Of a stretch of DNA of 64,000 nt, positions 39,001-54,000 are shown piece by piece; position 1 is the first letter of the stretch, and every line of letters starts with the position of its first letter. The position numbers and the translations under genes are program-made. A model generated the notes under the pieces. That model was not told where the DNA came from and did no database searches. It saw only the letters and a program-made list of their open reading frames with translations. Source of the DNA: Phoronis australis (taxonomy: Eukaryota > Animalia > Phoronida); assembly GCA_002633005.1 (NCBI GenBank), contig NMRA01000096.1:496001-560000 (forward strand), given 5' to 3'.

Positions 39001-42000
39001 CACTACAACTGCAATGCAATGGCCCCAACTATATTCCAGGATGAGATAACCTAACCTAGAAGAAATGAATATTAGACAATTTACAACTGATCTCGACTTT
39101 TGCTACTTACTTGTCATCATTGGTGTGACAGTTGAGTGCAGAGCTGTCTCTGCTCAAGATGTCCTCTAGTCGTCCGTATGGCAGGTGACGTCCCTCTGAG
39201 CAAGTGACAACCACAAGGCCGTACTGAGCAGGGTTCACCCAATCGGTAGTTCTGCAACAAGATATAACAACAACCCTTATTTTTCTGATAAAAATAGACA
39301 ATAAAAATTGTTGTCGAGCGTAACCAAAAATCTACAACGGAATTTGCAAGACAAGATTTTCATTTATCTTAGAAAAGTTTCCATTACTTTGGTCCACAAG
39401 ATGTCACCCCACGCAGACACTATTTTATCTTATTCTTAGGGCATTCCAGGTATTTCAGGATGAGTGGCCACAACGCACACATGAATATCCCATAGAACAG
39501 GGTCACCTAAATGATTATAGCTAACTTTACCGCGAATAAAGAAAATACATTATTATGTTCTAAGCCAATTTACAAAAACACATCTGGAAAGTTAAGTAGC
39601 ACGTGAGGCTGTGATCATAATAAAGATGCCCTCCAATCACAACATTATCTAGGGTGAAATCCGTGGATACAAGACACTTGTGAAAATGCAATATCACGCA
39701 AGACTGCAAAATCACGCGAGTGAAAGGCGAGTGTTTCGCGAGTATTTCCCGGAGGTTACTCCTGTACACTTAGTCACTGGTGTGATTGGTTGCAAAGATT
39801 GGAGTATTGAATTATGGGATAGAATGCTCTAATTCCGTCCAATAAACAAAGAATTTTGCTGTGAGGGCTTCGCGAGTGTCTTGCGTTTATGGAACGTGGC
39901 CTTGGTTGAGGTGAGTCTTACCTGGCATTCGTGCCAATCCAGTACATTAGACCATTCTCATCAAAGTCTCTCTGATGAGAGAAAGAGAACTTAGCACCAG
40001 GTTCTTTGAGCTTGTGTACAAAGGTGAAGGTTGACCGATCATAGTCGTACCACTGCTTAGCCACCTAAACGAGGTTATAAAACATTTTAATTTTTTTTAA
40101 CACAACGTTTATACACGGGAATTGACAGTGGAAATACATAGTGCAGTTACAATGGTAGTAAAAGATAACCAGTTCTCAACTGCAGAGTTAATTTCCATAA
40201 CCCAAGAGCAACGTCGGCCTGTCTCCTGGGTGGTCACACTTCGTTTTTACTGCATGTTAAGTCAACAGCAGGGGTCAATCACCATGATTTGTATAGCTGA
40301 GCGACTGGGGTGGTCTGCGTTCGCAAAAATATTAACAGGATGCCAAACGTACAGAATTGCTAACACTTACCATTTTGAGTAAATATTTTTCTACAGCCGC
40401 CACCGTTGTCAGAGGCTCTACCTTCAGTGTTCGGCCTGAGCTGTCAATAAGGGCCGACTCTCCGGCTGAACGATCCAGTCTGAAGCGCAATCGACGAGTC
40501 AGAATCTGCAAGTAACCAATTACATAAAAGAATTTTCCACTGGAGAATCTAAAGCACATTACATATCGCCTTAAGGTTACAATCATCACTGTTGTTGTTT
40601 GTGCACTTCATGGATTGTTCAAGTAAGAAGGCTTTACTTGACACGACACTGGGGGGCGCAGACCATCACTTGGAATTACAATGCAATAGAAATGAAACAA
40701 GACGGAAATTATACAATATTCCTACTGCTGAAGTACATTGAACTTGTCAAAAAGCTGACAAGCTATGATGTGTTAATCACGCTTATATTATAGACACATC
40801 AAGAAAAGTTTGATCAGAGTATTTCAACAGCCAAACATAGTAGGAAGACAGTGTCAATTCAGAAAATGTGAACATTTTACATGAGAAATTGATGTCAGAT
40901 CATCATACCTGAAGGCCATAGCTAGACCCAGTAGCATCATATTGATAGACTGGCAACTTCTCAATAGACTCCAACACAGACACCAGCTTATGGATCAGAG
41001 CGACACCTGGTGGTATGGAGCTGAAAATACATGACACAATTCAGAATGAATGCTTGGTACCTCAGATGCAATGCAGTGTCTTGTGAAATCATCAATACTT
41101 ACAGTGAGATTGTGGTACATTCACTGGCAAAGAACAGAAATCGTGCATAATGCACAATTGTAATATAAGTACAGCTTACATGCTGAAGAAAGAGTAACTA
41201 AAATGAATAAACAAAACAAAACAAGGTAATTCACATGCAGAAAAGAACTTACCCATCATCGCTCTCTTTGAAGGCTTTACGGAAAACGTTTCGTCTATGT
41301 TGAATTTCTTTTCTCATTTTCTTATTAGGGGGCTCATCACATTGCTGAAACATTGAAGTAATATCAATGGCACGTCGCTGAAATATTGAAGTAATATCAA
41401 CAAGACACCAGCCCAAACTGCCATTAAGTGTTCATATATTCTTATTTAGAAGAAAACATCCAAGTTGAGTTCATACTTGAAATTTATTTCGAGCCGGGCA
41501 TTCCTTCAAGCTTACTAAACATGAGACAGGGTAAAAAAACAGAAATTAAAAAGTTGCGTAACACATTGCAAATTTGACGCAGTCAAAACGCAACAACATC
41601 CCTTGTTTTTTTCCGTTTGCTCAATTAATACACCCCACTTCACAGACGATAAAGCATGATTTGATTAAAGCAAACTTCAGCTACACTAAACGTTTTAAAG
41701 AAATCCTGGGAGGGTTCATTGTAACACAGTTCGACTGTATGGACTACCTTTGAACACTCGATGTTTAACCTGCACTCAACTCAAGATACCTTACAGTTAA
41801 TAAAGTGAAACTGTGCGGTTTACCATTAACTTTCGTGTTATTGCTGTTATCGCTGTATTAACTACTGTGCATGACTAAGATATTAGTAAAAAACACCGTC
41901 CTGGTCATCTTGAACAATTCTTTCCTTTATGTACAACACTAAGAAAGAATACAGTGGCCAGACGTCTCCTTCAAATGGCCGTACTCCACGAACACTACAT

Positions 42001-45000
42001 CCAGAGATCAGACTCTGTGCCTGGACCAACTGTCAATGGATCCCGCCACTAGATGGCTACTTCCCCCTTCAGTGAAGCCCATTATGTCATACTCAACACT
42101 CACCCCATTCAGTAGACAGAGCATTGTCTGCACTAGGCCACTTCTCTGTAGCTCATACGAGGACACGGTGTGATCCAATTTCAGAAGGTCACGCAGGTCA
42201 TCCAAGGCTGACATAACATCCTGCACCCAGTCAGACTCCACACGGTTTAGCTGCCAGATACAGTAAGTGCTCAGTTAGAGGGAATTACAACATATAACCT
42301 GCATCAAACAGCTGGTAGACTACTTCGTTGACAACTCAATATATATGGGAAGCTTCATTGGCAACTGGAAACATTTTTAGAAAATGAACACAAAGCTTTG
42401 AATAAATCAAGGCTAGAGAATGGATTCGTGTTTAATGGCAAGTCACAAACTGCAACATCTCAAAATTTTCAAAAATGTCACAAGGCAATCTCAACATTAA
42501 CATTCACATTTCTTGGTGCTTTTTTGCACATGCAAGTCAAATCAACTTTTTTATCACATAAAACAGACACTGTGACAATGATGAATTCCATAATTTCAAA
42601 ATTTGTGAAAAAAGGTACCACCACTTGATGCAGTATGAAATAACCATAAACCCAACAAAACACTGACAGCCTACTTTGCTCAGTAAATTACTCACCTTTT
42701 GCCACGAAATTCTCAAAACATCACAAAATTTCAAGCAAACAAGTTTTGTCACAGAATGTCACCACATCAAAGGGAATCTATTCTCTGCACAACACAGCGT
42801 GGAAACAAGGAAATCTCAACTGGCATTTCTAAAGAGGTACATCCAAACTTGAATGATTCTGAGGTAACAATACCACATAACTCAGCTGTTATCATATCTC
42901 AACAATCCAAGTAATTGACTAACAGGAGACAGAAGCTAAAGCCCCCTACCCCTCCTACCTGCATCTTGCTGTCCTGTTTAGAACACGCCACTTCTAGTTG
43001 CTTGACAATGCGGGCCAGCTTAGCGACGACGCTACGAGGTGTCGCCTCAGCACTTTTAAAGTGTTCCTCGTATAGTTCCCGGGCCAGGTTCCTCACCTGA
43101 GGAGCAAGGGTGTAACAGATTAATAATACAAACGCATGTTTTCAGGGAAAGGGGGAGGCAAGTTGAATGTTTTCAGTTACATGCAAGGTAAATACAATTG
43201 TACCTAATCAAGCAAACATTTCAACATTACACCATAGCTCCGAACTTCATTGACAGTTCGAGTATCCATATTAAAATGAGATAACAAGAATATCCATCCC
43301 ACAGCGAAGACAACTTTTATCGTAACAAAGTCTTTGAACAGAAATTCCCGACGTTTTAGCGAATTAAATAGTACTCTTATCTTTGCATTGAACTGAAATG
43401 TTTTATCATCAACACAGTTAAAGACTAATACAATAAATCAAAAAAATTAGCATCTACATGAGTTTCTAAACAGGACATCATTTGAAAAACAAAGAAATAT
43501 CTTCAACTTTGTTACACTAGACTACACTGCTTTATCGGAATGAACTCGTTTTCCAAAACAAGACTCACTTTCTGTTTGTTGGCTTCAACTTTCGACCTCA
43601 ATTTCTTGCTCTTCTTTGGTGTCCACCCGGCAGAGAACTCCGGTCCCAAAGATGTCTCTGCTGTGAATGAGTGCTTGGTGCCGCGATTGGACTCGAACAC
43701 AAAGCCAGCCAACTCCTCTCTCAGTATTGTGGCTTGCTGTAAATGAAGAGGAAAAGACGGTTTTGCACAATTATAAATAACCTCACGTTGAACATGCAAA
43801 AGATGAACACTAAAGGAAGCTTAAATAAGAACGTGTTTCCGTAACTGACTGAACTCAAGTTTTCATGCAAATTATCAGCATTTCTACTCCAAATTAATAC
43901 ATCTTATGGAAAAGCCTGCAAATCTTACTATGCCCTAAAAACTTATGCTGAAGAATCAAAGAACAAAATTTAGGTTTTTGCAAGCATTTCAGGCAAGGCA
44001 ACATCTATGACAAGTCAAGAGTTCAAGCAGGTCTTACTCTGAAGTAGGTCTACAAAGACAGATATTAAACATTTTAACAAATTAAAACGGTTTGACAAAA
44101 TGGTGTAAACTATTCTCTATCCTTGCTCAAAAGACCTTCAGGTGATATAAACAACATGGCTTGCCCACTGAAGAACAAACTCTCTCTCTCTAACTCGCTA
44201 ACTTATACCCAGACTCAACTAACACGGCTCACAGGCCTACAAACAAAGTGTCCATCTCACATGTCTGTATTATGTGGACAATGATTTTACGAAATTCTTA
44301 AACAAAAAGCATAAAGATGAGAACTGCCAATGGAAGTACATGGCAATGACCAGTTGATTTTTGTTCAAATTCAATCCACGCAGAAAGTAATCATAGAGTG
44401 TATTTCATAAAAACTTCAAAACTGATTATAACTTGGAAAAACACCTGCCGTCCTTTCCCTCCCAAATACAAAACCTATAAACCTGTATGTAAAGTTATGT
44501 CAGTTATCCCCATAAAATGTCTGGCGGACCTACGTATATCTAGGCACACAACAGTGTTGATGTCATACGATGCTGGCACCATCTCCATGTATGTATCTAG
44601 GCACACAACACTGTTATCAAATGACCACAGCACAAACTCCATACCTGTTGCCCATCGGAGTTGTGTATCTGTATCTCACCCTCCTTCTTACAGGACAACG
44701 TCCAGTTGCCAACGGACAGTTTGGTGGCCGACGGCCGTGACAGGATGGGTTGACTGTGCATGCTACCCTTGATCTGACTACGTGCTCTTGACAGTTTCTC
44801 CAGGAACTCGCCACGGTTCTCTGCAAGAGACATTGCAGGGTTGTGGTTAGAGATGTGTGCTAACAATGGCAGCTAGTCACTAGTCACATGACTCCTGTTG
44901 CCACCTAACAGTAGACTTGGGTACTTCAGTTAAGCAGTAGTGCCTATTGTGCATATGGTTACTTATTTGACATTCCAACAAAGGCAACTTAGCTTCTTCA

Positions 45001-48000
45001 AAAGGTGATAAAGGTAATAGTTGTTTCGACTCCCAATCAGAAGTGATTTCTATTCTCGGGAAGAACTGGTAGTCCTTTTTTGTCTAAGACGGGGCTAAAA
45101 TATATCTTCTCAAGCCCACAAACCACTTATCAAATTTGAGTAAGAAACAAATGATCTGAATCAATAGGTGAACTGCCAGTACCTGAGCTGTCTGATCCTC
45201 CCTCTGGGCTACCACTCGAATACATGGTGGCCAGCTTGCCATCCAAGATAAACCTGAACCATCCGTTACTGCCATTAGACAGCTCCAGCGCCGCCGCATC
45301 CGACCAGATATAGAGACAGTCTCTGCCGCGGGCAACACACCACTCCCTCCAGTGGTACGGTCGTCCTTGCAGCACCTCCTTGGCATCGTCCAGCACCATG
45401 TCCACCTTGGGAGGCTCATCGCAGGCTGTAGCACCCTCCTCGTCCTCAGGTGGCGGTCCTGCCACATTCTGCACCTGAACAATACATAAGGAGTATACTA
45501 AAATCAAAACTAAGGAAGTGAGGGTTTCCCTTGCATGGCCAACCACAAAATGTGTACGTAGCTCATAAAACATATTACTTGCAATTTGACAAAAAGACTT
45601 TTTAAGTGGTAAAAACAAAATATTTTGCAACTAAAATGAATCCATCAGAGAAGTAACAAATGGGAGAGGGGAAAAAACAAATATTTCATGGGCGACCTAA
45701 AGCCTGGTGGATTTAGGACTGAATGTCCCAAATTTCTTCACTCTTACAAAACAAAAATCTTGAAAAAATCAGAAACAAATACTCATAGATATGATAGATA
45801 TGAAATAATAACAAGCAGAGACTAACTACTTGGTAAAATTATGGATGAATACCAACAGGGTACATAACAACTCAAATGGATCCCTTTAAAGCCACGTGGC
45901 GACACTTCAGCACCATGTGAGACCAATCTTCATAAAAATGGGACGCCACCTGAAAGAATTGGGCTTGTTGCCAACGTAACCATTCCATGAAGTACACGAC
46001 TCCACAGCTGCAGTCATAACCAGCTCACCCCTGAACACTACCCCCCTCGCTAAACACACATACACGACGTCATTCCTCACCAACGAATTCTACCCACCTT
46101 ACTGAACACTCCAAGTCGTGCGAAGTGGTCAAGAAACGTGTCACACGCCTTCACCATCAAGTCCTGAATGATATGTAAGGCTGCCAGGTGGTTCTCATCG
46201 TCATCCTGACAAAAAGTTAATAAACGAGAAAATGTGACGTGCCTAACACATTACAGGTGTTTTATCAACCTCTTCTTTCCAATATCAACGAAATGCTTTA
46301 AGTTATATCAAGTGCCACATGAGTAGATCAATGCTGGCCAAAGTAAGATAAAACAAGAATGAAGAGAAAAGAAACATCAAGAAGTATTAACTCGTCTTAT
46401 TTCACGACTCAATTATTCGTGAGGATCCCGAAATTAAATCAAAACATTCCGACACTTGCCATTGTGTGAATAAGATGTTCCAAGGTAATAGCTACATTAC
46501 CTGAACAGTGCTCACAACACATTCAAATAAGTAGGACACGAATCAAGCCCTTCAAATGAAAANCACAAACCACTTATCAAATTTGAGTAAGAAACAAATG
46601 ATCTGAATCAATAGGTGAACTGCCAGTACCTGAGCTGTCTGATCCTCCCTCTGGGCTACCACTCGAATACATGGTGGCCAGCTTGCCATCCAAGATAAAC
46701 CTGAACCATCCGTTACTGCCATTAGACAGCTCCAGCGCCGCCGCATCCGACCAGATATAGAGACAGTCTCTGCCGCGGGCAACACACCACTCCCTCCAGT
46801 GGTACGGTCGTCCTTGCAGCACCTCCTTGGCATCGTCCAGCACCATGTCCACCTTGGGAGGCTCATCGCAGGCTGTAGCACCCTCCTCGTCCTCAGGTGG
46901 CGGTCCTGCCACATTCTGCACCTGAACAATACATAAGGAGTATACTAAAATCAAAACTAAGGAAGTGAGGGTTTCCCTTGCATGGCCAACCACAAAATGT
47001 GTACGTAGCTCATAAAACATATCACTTGCAATTTGACAAAAAGACTTTTTAAGTGGTAAAAACAAAATATTTTGCAACTAAAATGAATCCATCAGAGAAG
47101 TAACAAATGGGAGAGGGGAAAAAACAAATATTTCATGGGCGACCTAAAGCCTGGTGGATCTAGGACTGAATGTCCCAAATTTCTTCACTCTTACAAAACA
47201 AAAATCTTGAAAAAATCAGAAACAAACACTCATAGATACGATAGATATGAAATAATAACAAGCAGAGACTAACTACTTGGTAAAATTATGGATGAATACC
47301 AACAGGGTACATAACAACTCAAATGGATCCCTTTAAAGCCACGTGGCGACACTTCAGCACCATGTGAGACCAATCTTCATGAAAATGGGACGCCACCTGA
47401 AAGAATTGGGCTTGTTGCGAATGTAACCATTCCATGAAGTACACGACTCCACAGCTGCAGTCACAACCAGCTCACCCCTGAACACACATACACAACGTCA
47501 TTCCTCACCAACGAATTCTACCCACCTTACTGAACACTCCAAGCCGTGCGAAGTGGTCAAGAAACGTGTCACACGCCTTCACCATCAAGTCCTGAATGAT
47601 ATGTAAGGCTGCCAGGTGGTTCTCATCGTCATCCTGACAAAAAGTTAATAAACGAGAAAATGTGACGTGCCTAACACATTTCAGGTGTTTTTTTAACCGC
47701 TTCTTTCTAATATCAACGGAATGCTTTACGTTATATCAAGTGCCACATGAGTGGATCAAAGCTGGCCAAAGTAAGATAAAACAAGAATGAAGAGAAAAGA
47801 AACATCAAGAAGTATTAACTCGTCTTATTTCACGACTCAATTATTCGTGAGGATCCCAAAATTAAATCAAAACATTCAACACTTGTCATTGCGTGAAATA
47901 AGGTGTTCCAAGGTAATAGCCACATTACCTGATTAGTGCTCATAACACATTCAAATAATTAGGACATGAATCAAGCTCTTCAAATGAAAACCTCCATTTA

Positions 48001-51000
48001 CAGGCTACCAGCTAATACCCCCAATAAAAGAATCACAGTCAATGACTACAAGATAAAAATCATCAGTGAGCAATGGGAAACTTAATGTTCACTAGGTGGT
48101 GCTAATGAATTAAAGTCTTTCTTTTTGATACTTGGGCACAGTATCTAATCTCTGAACTTGGACTCAAAATTTAACTATTCACGCAGCATGATTTGAGCAC
48201 AAATTTAGAAGATAACTTGAAACATGATTTACCTGAACACAGGCATTCCTATGGGAAGATCTTGCTTCACATGCAACATTTAGTGAATTTGGAGTTCCCC
48301 CAATACAACAAAAAACTAAACGTCCTCAGCGCATGGTGCCTCAAAAAAGTTGCTACATTGTACAACATATCAGTGGCCTGCAAAACCTTATCTCTCCAAT
48401 ACAAATGCTCTTTAACGCTAACAACTGAAACAAAGCCGCCACTCGTCACCACTTCCACAGAGCCATTAAGCAAACACAGGCATAAGGTAAGTGATGGCGC
48501 TCAGAGCTCACCTCAACATCCAAGACTGTTGCCAACACCTCCACAAGCTCCACAGCGAACCGGGGCGAGTCTGAATCTGCCTCTGTGTTACAGATCTCAA
48601 TCAGCAGGTCGCGCCCAACATAGTGTACCATCTTTCTGATCAAGGCCAGACTGGCTTTCCTAGACAGCGTAAAGAGACAAGGTGGTAAAAACACTAAAGT
48701 CCAGTCTGACGTGTATGGAAACTAAAGTTTCGTTAAACATTAACAAGGGCATTGGTTTTCATCCATTTGACGCACACCCACATAAAAAGGTCCGGTAATA
48801 AATTAATTTACAGATACAAGGATTTAAGAGAATGCAACAACTAATATCAGTACAGGAAAGAAACTCGTCTACAAATTTGATTTTCCCAATGTCTTAAAAA
48901 TGTAAACAATAAGTTCCAATAATAACTACCACAACAGAAATGCATTTGACAAAATCATGCAAGTTCAAAACAAACATGCACATGCTAATATAACATCTGT
49001 TGCCGACACATAAAGTATCCGACGACTGCGGTGCTTACTCTCTTGATCTTCAACAATGCAACACAAACACATCGCAACATTATGAGAGGCATATAGTGTT
49101 CCATGTCTTTGACTTATAGCCACCAGTAACACACAATACAACACAAAATAACAGCCTAACCACAACCTCCAATCTACCTTATGGATTGCAGCATGGAGTG
49201 CTGGTACACGTGGGTGAATACGGGCAGCAGACGCTTCAAGTAGACCGGCGACATCTCTGGGTCACCCTTGATCTCGGCCGGGTCTGGCTTCTCTGATGTC
49301 TCGCTAGACTCCACCTCTATCGATTTGGAGTCATCCTTGTTCTCTGCATTATTCTCGGCAGTTGTTGCACTGGTGTCTGCGGCAGCGACAGACTCTCTGT
49401 TCAAAGGCACCATCCACTCACCTGCCAATGAATAAGAGAAATGTAGAGAGTTTCAAGAAGTGTAAGGCAACCAAAAATCTCCTTAATTAAGACTGATAAA
49501 CTTAAAAAAATACAGCCCTATAACACACAGAAACAACTAGTAGTCACCTCATTCTTTCGAATTCAAGTGTAAAACGCACCACCATGGCATAAATCTCAGG
49601 TATCTGCATGTCACTGCACATATTAAAATCCCTCACCCAGCATCTATTCAGTGGCATAGTTTATCACCTTCTTATTATCTCAGCACATATAACCCCCCAA
49701 CCTAACTAACCCTGGCATCTATTAGGAGATGACCTCTATTAGTCCTGGCTTTCATTTGAACAATAGTGCAGATTTTCCACATCCAGTTTGTAGGGATCAC
49801 TGTCAACTGATGAATACCTCCGTCATCAATTAACGACAAACCAATAAGCTTCTTCCACATGGCAGCATCAGCTCCAATTTCCCACAATTCAGTATCTTTT
49901 GACTTACCTGGAGACTGCAGAATAGCAATGACCTCTCTGTGACCTTCATCCCCCCGCTCCCGGGCCTTATCTAGTGGAGTTTTACCATCTTCATCCCGCA
50001 AATCAGGATTGGCACCATAGCGGAGCAATGTCTATAACATCACAAGAGTACACATTACAAACAAACTAAACCACCTCTCAGAGCTTGTTTGAGTGTTCAC
50101 AGTGAGGTTCAGAGACTTGCTCCATCTTCTGTGCATTTTTGTTACCATTTTAGAGCACAGTTTTATCATTGTACAATTAAGTACTGAAACAAGATGATAT
50201 TTGTGAATAATTTTTTACAGATGAGAATTTAGCTTGCAAAGGCTTGAAAATATTTCATAACCACTACACCTTTATAGCTACAGTCAAAATGACAAAAACG
50301 TTACTGGGCAATACAAGTGCAACAAGCAACAGTGGGCAGCCATTCTACGCAACTTTTAAAATGGTATGGTACACACCGGCCAACAAAGACCTATGGAAAC
50401 AAACTTGATCACAAAAAAACTGATTAGAACCAAAACTCTCTTGTAAAGTAGTCTCCTTGAGGATCATGAATTCAACTTCATCGAAACGTTGCACTCATTT
50501 ATATACGTAAATACAATTGTACAGGTGTTTCTACTACTTATTTGGCCCAAAACCAACACCAGCAGTTTTTCAACAAACCTTCACAATTTGTGGTCGACCG
50601 AAACATGCGGCATAATGGAGCGAGGATGAGCGGAGACCTCTGTTGACATCAGCACCACGCTCACACAGAAACTCCACCTGTTAATGAAACACGTCATCAA
50701 ATTAGTGAACTGAGTTGTGTCTGAGAAGTGGAACATTTTCTGTGCTTCCTATCAGATATAAGTCCAATCATGCCCATGACAGGGGACTCTAATGTAACCA
50801 CTCTGTAACAAAATACAAGAGAGGAGAATAGTCAAATGTTGACAAACTTACAACTGTATCTAGAAGTGCAAGAATACACTTACCATTTCTTGCGTGCCAA
50901 AAGCCGATGCCCAATTCAAGAGAGTCTGACCTACGTCATCCATGAAGTTAACTTCGAAGCCTGTGGATAAGTAACAAGACAATGAACACTGACAAAGTAT

Positions 51001-54000
51001 CCTGAACATTATTTTCTGGGGGAAACAAAACTTCAAGGCATTAACCATTAGTAAGTAAGAAGAAATTTAAGACATCAGACCTAACTTAAACTGGCATCTA
51101 TTTCATGAAAACTGACTTATGCTTCACACAAATATTTCCAAGAACAATAAAATTTCCATACAGCAAAGTACAAAACAGATAATAAATGAAAAACAGGGGA
51201 CATTACAATTTTGGAGGAATTCCTGGTCAATTTCAGATATTTCATTTAATATAATTAAGGTTGTTTTGCACCTTTTTAGTCGATTTCAATAAAAATGAAA
51301 TTAATAGAACTAGCAACTCCTCAAACCAGTAGTGTGACATAGCCAGCTAGTTCCAAAAAGTCATCTCATCTGACTGCGCTGCAGTCTCTCACTCATCTGC
51401 TCTGATAATTATGTTCAATGGCCCAATTTCAATCCTGGCCACAGAAAAGCAATTTCCAATTTGACTCGAGCATTGATGCCCGAAACAGGTTTCAGAAATA
51501 AAACATCAGTGATTCAACAGATCAGAAATTCAGCGTTTACATTTTACATCTTACTCACAGCACCTCAATGTCCAGTTTGAAGAAGGGTGAATTTTGTTTT
51601 TATAAAAATCGATTGAAAGCTTCAAAATACCTTACATAGTAAACAAAATATACGAAATTGACCAAAATCACCTTAAAAGAGTAATATTCTCGTTTTAGTC
51701 AGATAACTTTCACCAGTTATTGCTGAACTGTGACGGGCTACCAGATACACTGCAAGAACCTTATTTAGTGAGAGCAAATCAAGACCACATTTGTTACTGA
51801 AGCGGACCCACGGCAGCATGTTGCTCATACATTACAGACTATACTAAAGCTATTAAAATTCAAAGAACAACCATATGAACCAAACAAAATTTTTCTTCTC
51901 TCCTTGCCAGTGTAGACTTACTTCCGGTTTCCACGGCATCTATCAGAGCATCAGTGTCCTTGCTGCGGATACAGTCAATCAACTGTCTATGTGACCTCTC
52001 GCCAGCACTGTCCAACCTCCTCAGGCTAGCCATGCGGCCTGAGAAGGTGGATGCGCTAGACTTGGGCAACGCCTTGCGCCCCTCGAACAGCAGGACGAGC
52101 AATAGGTCGACCAGGCGCATGGTGTCCAGGACACACCTAGGAAATGGAACAAACGGTGATGAAGGCACTTGCTTATGGCAACTGGATTGAAAAGCTAAAA
52201 GAGAGATCAACTAGGCATGTAACTGGAAACTGAAGAACACGTCAACATAAAAAACAAGCACAACAACAATCAAGTGCAGCACAAGTATGTGAAAATCAAA
52301 AGCAAGTTAAACATTTATATCATTTTTCCATCTTACAAATTTACGTTTAGGTAAGTGAGTCAGAACTTTAGAGCCCCATTTTGTCAAAGGTCATTACTAA
52401 CAAACATATCTTAGATTTTTATAGACACACAGTTTTTTGATGAAGACAGGTGTTAAGTCGGAATGCTAAGTTCCATCTTACAGAAATACAGAGCTTGATT
52501 AACAATAACATGCCTAGCACAACAATCGAGCACATGTACAACCTTTCATAAAACGGGTTCCAGAATTTAAATAGGTGGTCATAGTCACTGCCAGCAAGGT
52601 GTGAAAAGCTAAGCAAGACTGAAACTTTAAATCGCTAGATGTCATTCACCTCTCATCCCCATGGAGGGCACTCTCTATGGCATGAGGTAGGTCTGACCGT
52701 AGAAGGTCTCGAGTGATAATCGGTGATCCTCGACAAAGGGTCGACAGTAGACTGATGACGGTGGATACGCTTGGAGGACTTTTGGATTCCGGCGTGGCTT
52801 TTACATTGCCTGGTGTGCTCGACACAGACGAGTTGTGTGAGGCATTTAATGACACATCCAGCTTCTTTCCCGCATTGGTAAGTCTCAGCAGGAGGTCTTC
52901 CACCAAACCGTGCTTTGCGAGGGGGGCGGGATCTTGACCTCGCCTCGTAAAACGGTCAGCAAGAGACGCGAAACAACGCAGAGCTCCGTCTGCGACCTGC
53001 GATGAGACCATTAGAAATAAACATTTTTTGCCACATACCAAGTGCTGCAACTACTGCATCTGAGGCATTAAAGCTAACAAACATTAAATCAAGTGCTCCC
53101 TAGTACAACAGTGATGTAATTTCACACATGTATTAACACTCACCAAGAACAAAAGACCCACCAGATATCTATTACATTTCTGAGATTACTAAGAATGTAA
53201 CTCTGAAGTAAATATGCTGTTCATTTTAAATTGACCATATCCATGTAGTAATAATTAACATGATGAGATTGCCACAAAACCAATGAACCAGAAAAAAAAA
53301 ACCCCGTCCCGTTTGAGATTTTCATAATTTTGTCTCACAAGTGTGCATACACACACTTACATAGGGGTCCTCATGTTCCAGCAGCGTGGACAGCGATTCT
53401 ACACAGGAGTCCATGGATGTGTCCTGTGGCTCCATCTTTCCACAGAGACGGGAAACAACAGTCATGGCAGAATGTAGTGTGTCTTTGTGAACTTGAGAAC
53501 TGTGTTCACGGATGAACGTAAGGATGCAATTGAGGCCACCAGCCTCAAACACGCCACCCGACTCTCGGGTACAAATCAATTCCAACACCTTCGAATGGAA
53601 AAAATACAGTATCATTTTATTACACCATTCTGCTGACAGCATTATATTGAGTGGAATAACCATAAATTGACACAATACAGTTGACTGAATTTCATCCAAA
53701 ATGATTATATGAATAAATGAATTAAAGCTAACAAACATAGGGTACTTTTGAGAAATCTATCTGCACCGGAACAAAACCACATTCGTGTGAATTAACACTC
53801 ACCGCATTTCAATTGGAAATTCAGACATCACTGGCAGGCATTAAGCACTCAATTTTTTTTCAAAAGGTACAAAGTGCGCTTGTCCAAATAACATATCACA
53901 TTTACATCAACCACTTTTGGAAATGGTCGTAAAACTAGCTTTAGTGAAAATTTACCAAAGCTCCTGGACGATTGTTTAAGCAAACATAGCCTCCAACCTG

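Noticed and set aside
42690-42715. Strong minus-strand donor AAG|gtgagt suggesting a HECTD1 microexon
   Set aside because: The only nearby acceptor is a weak GAG giving a 16-nt frameshifting exon; exons 15 and 16 already join in phase
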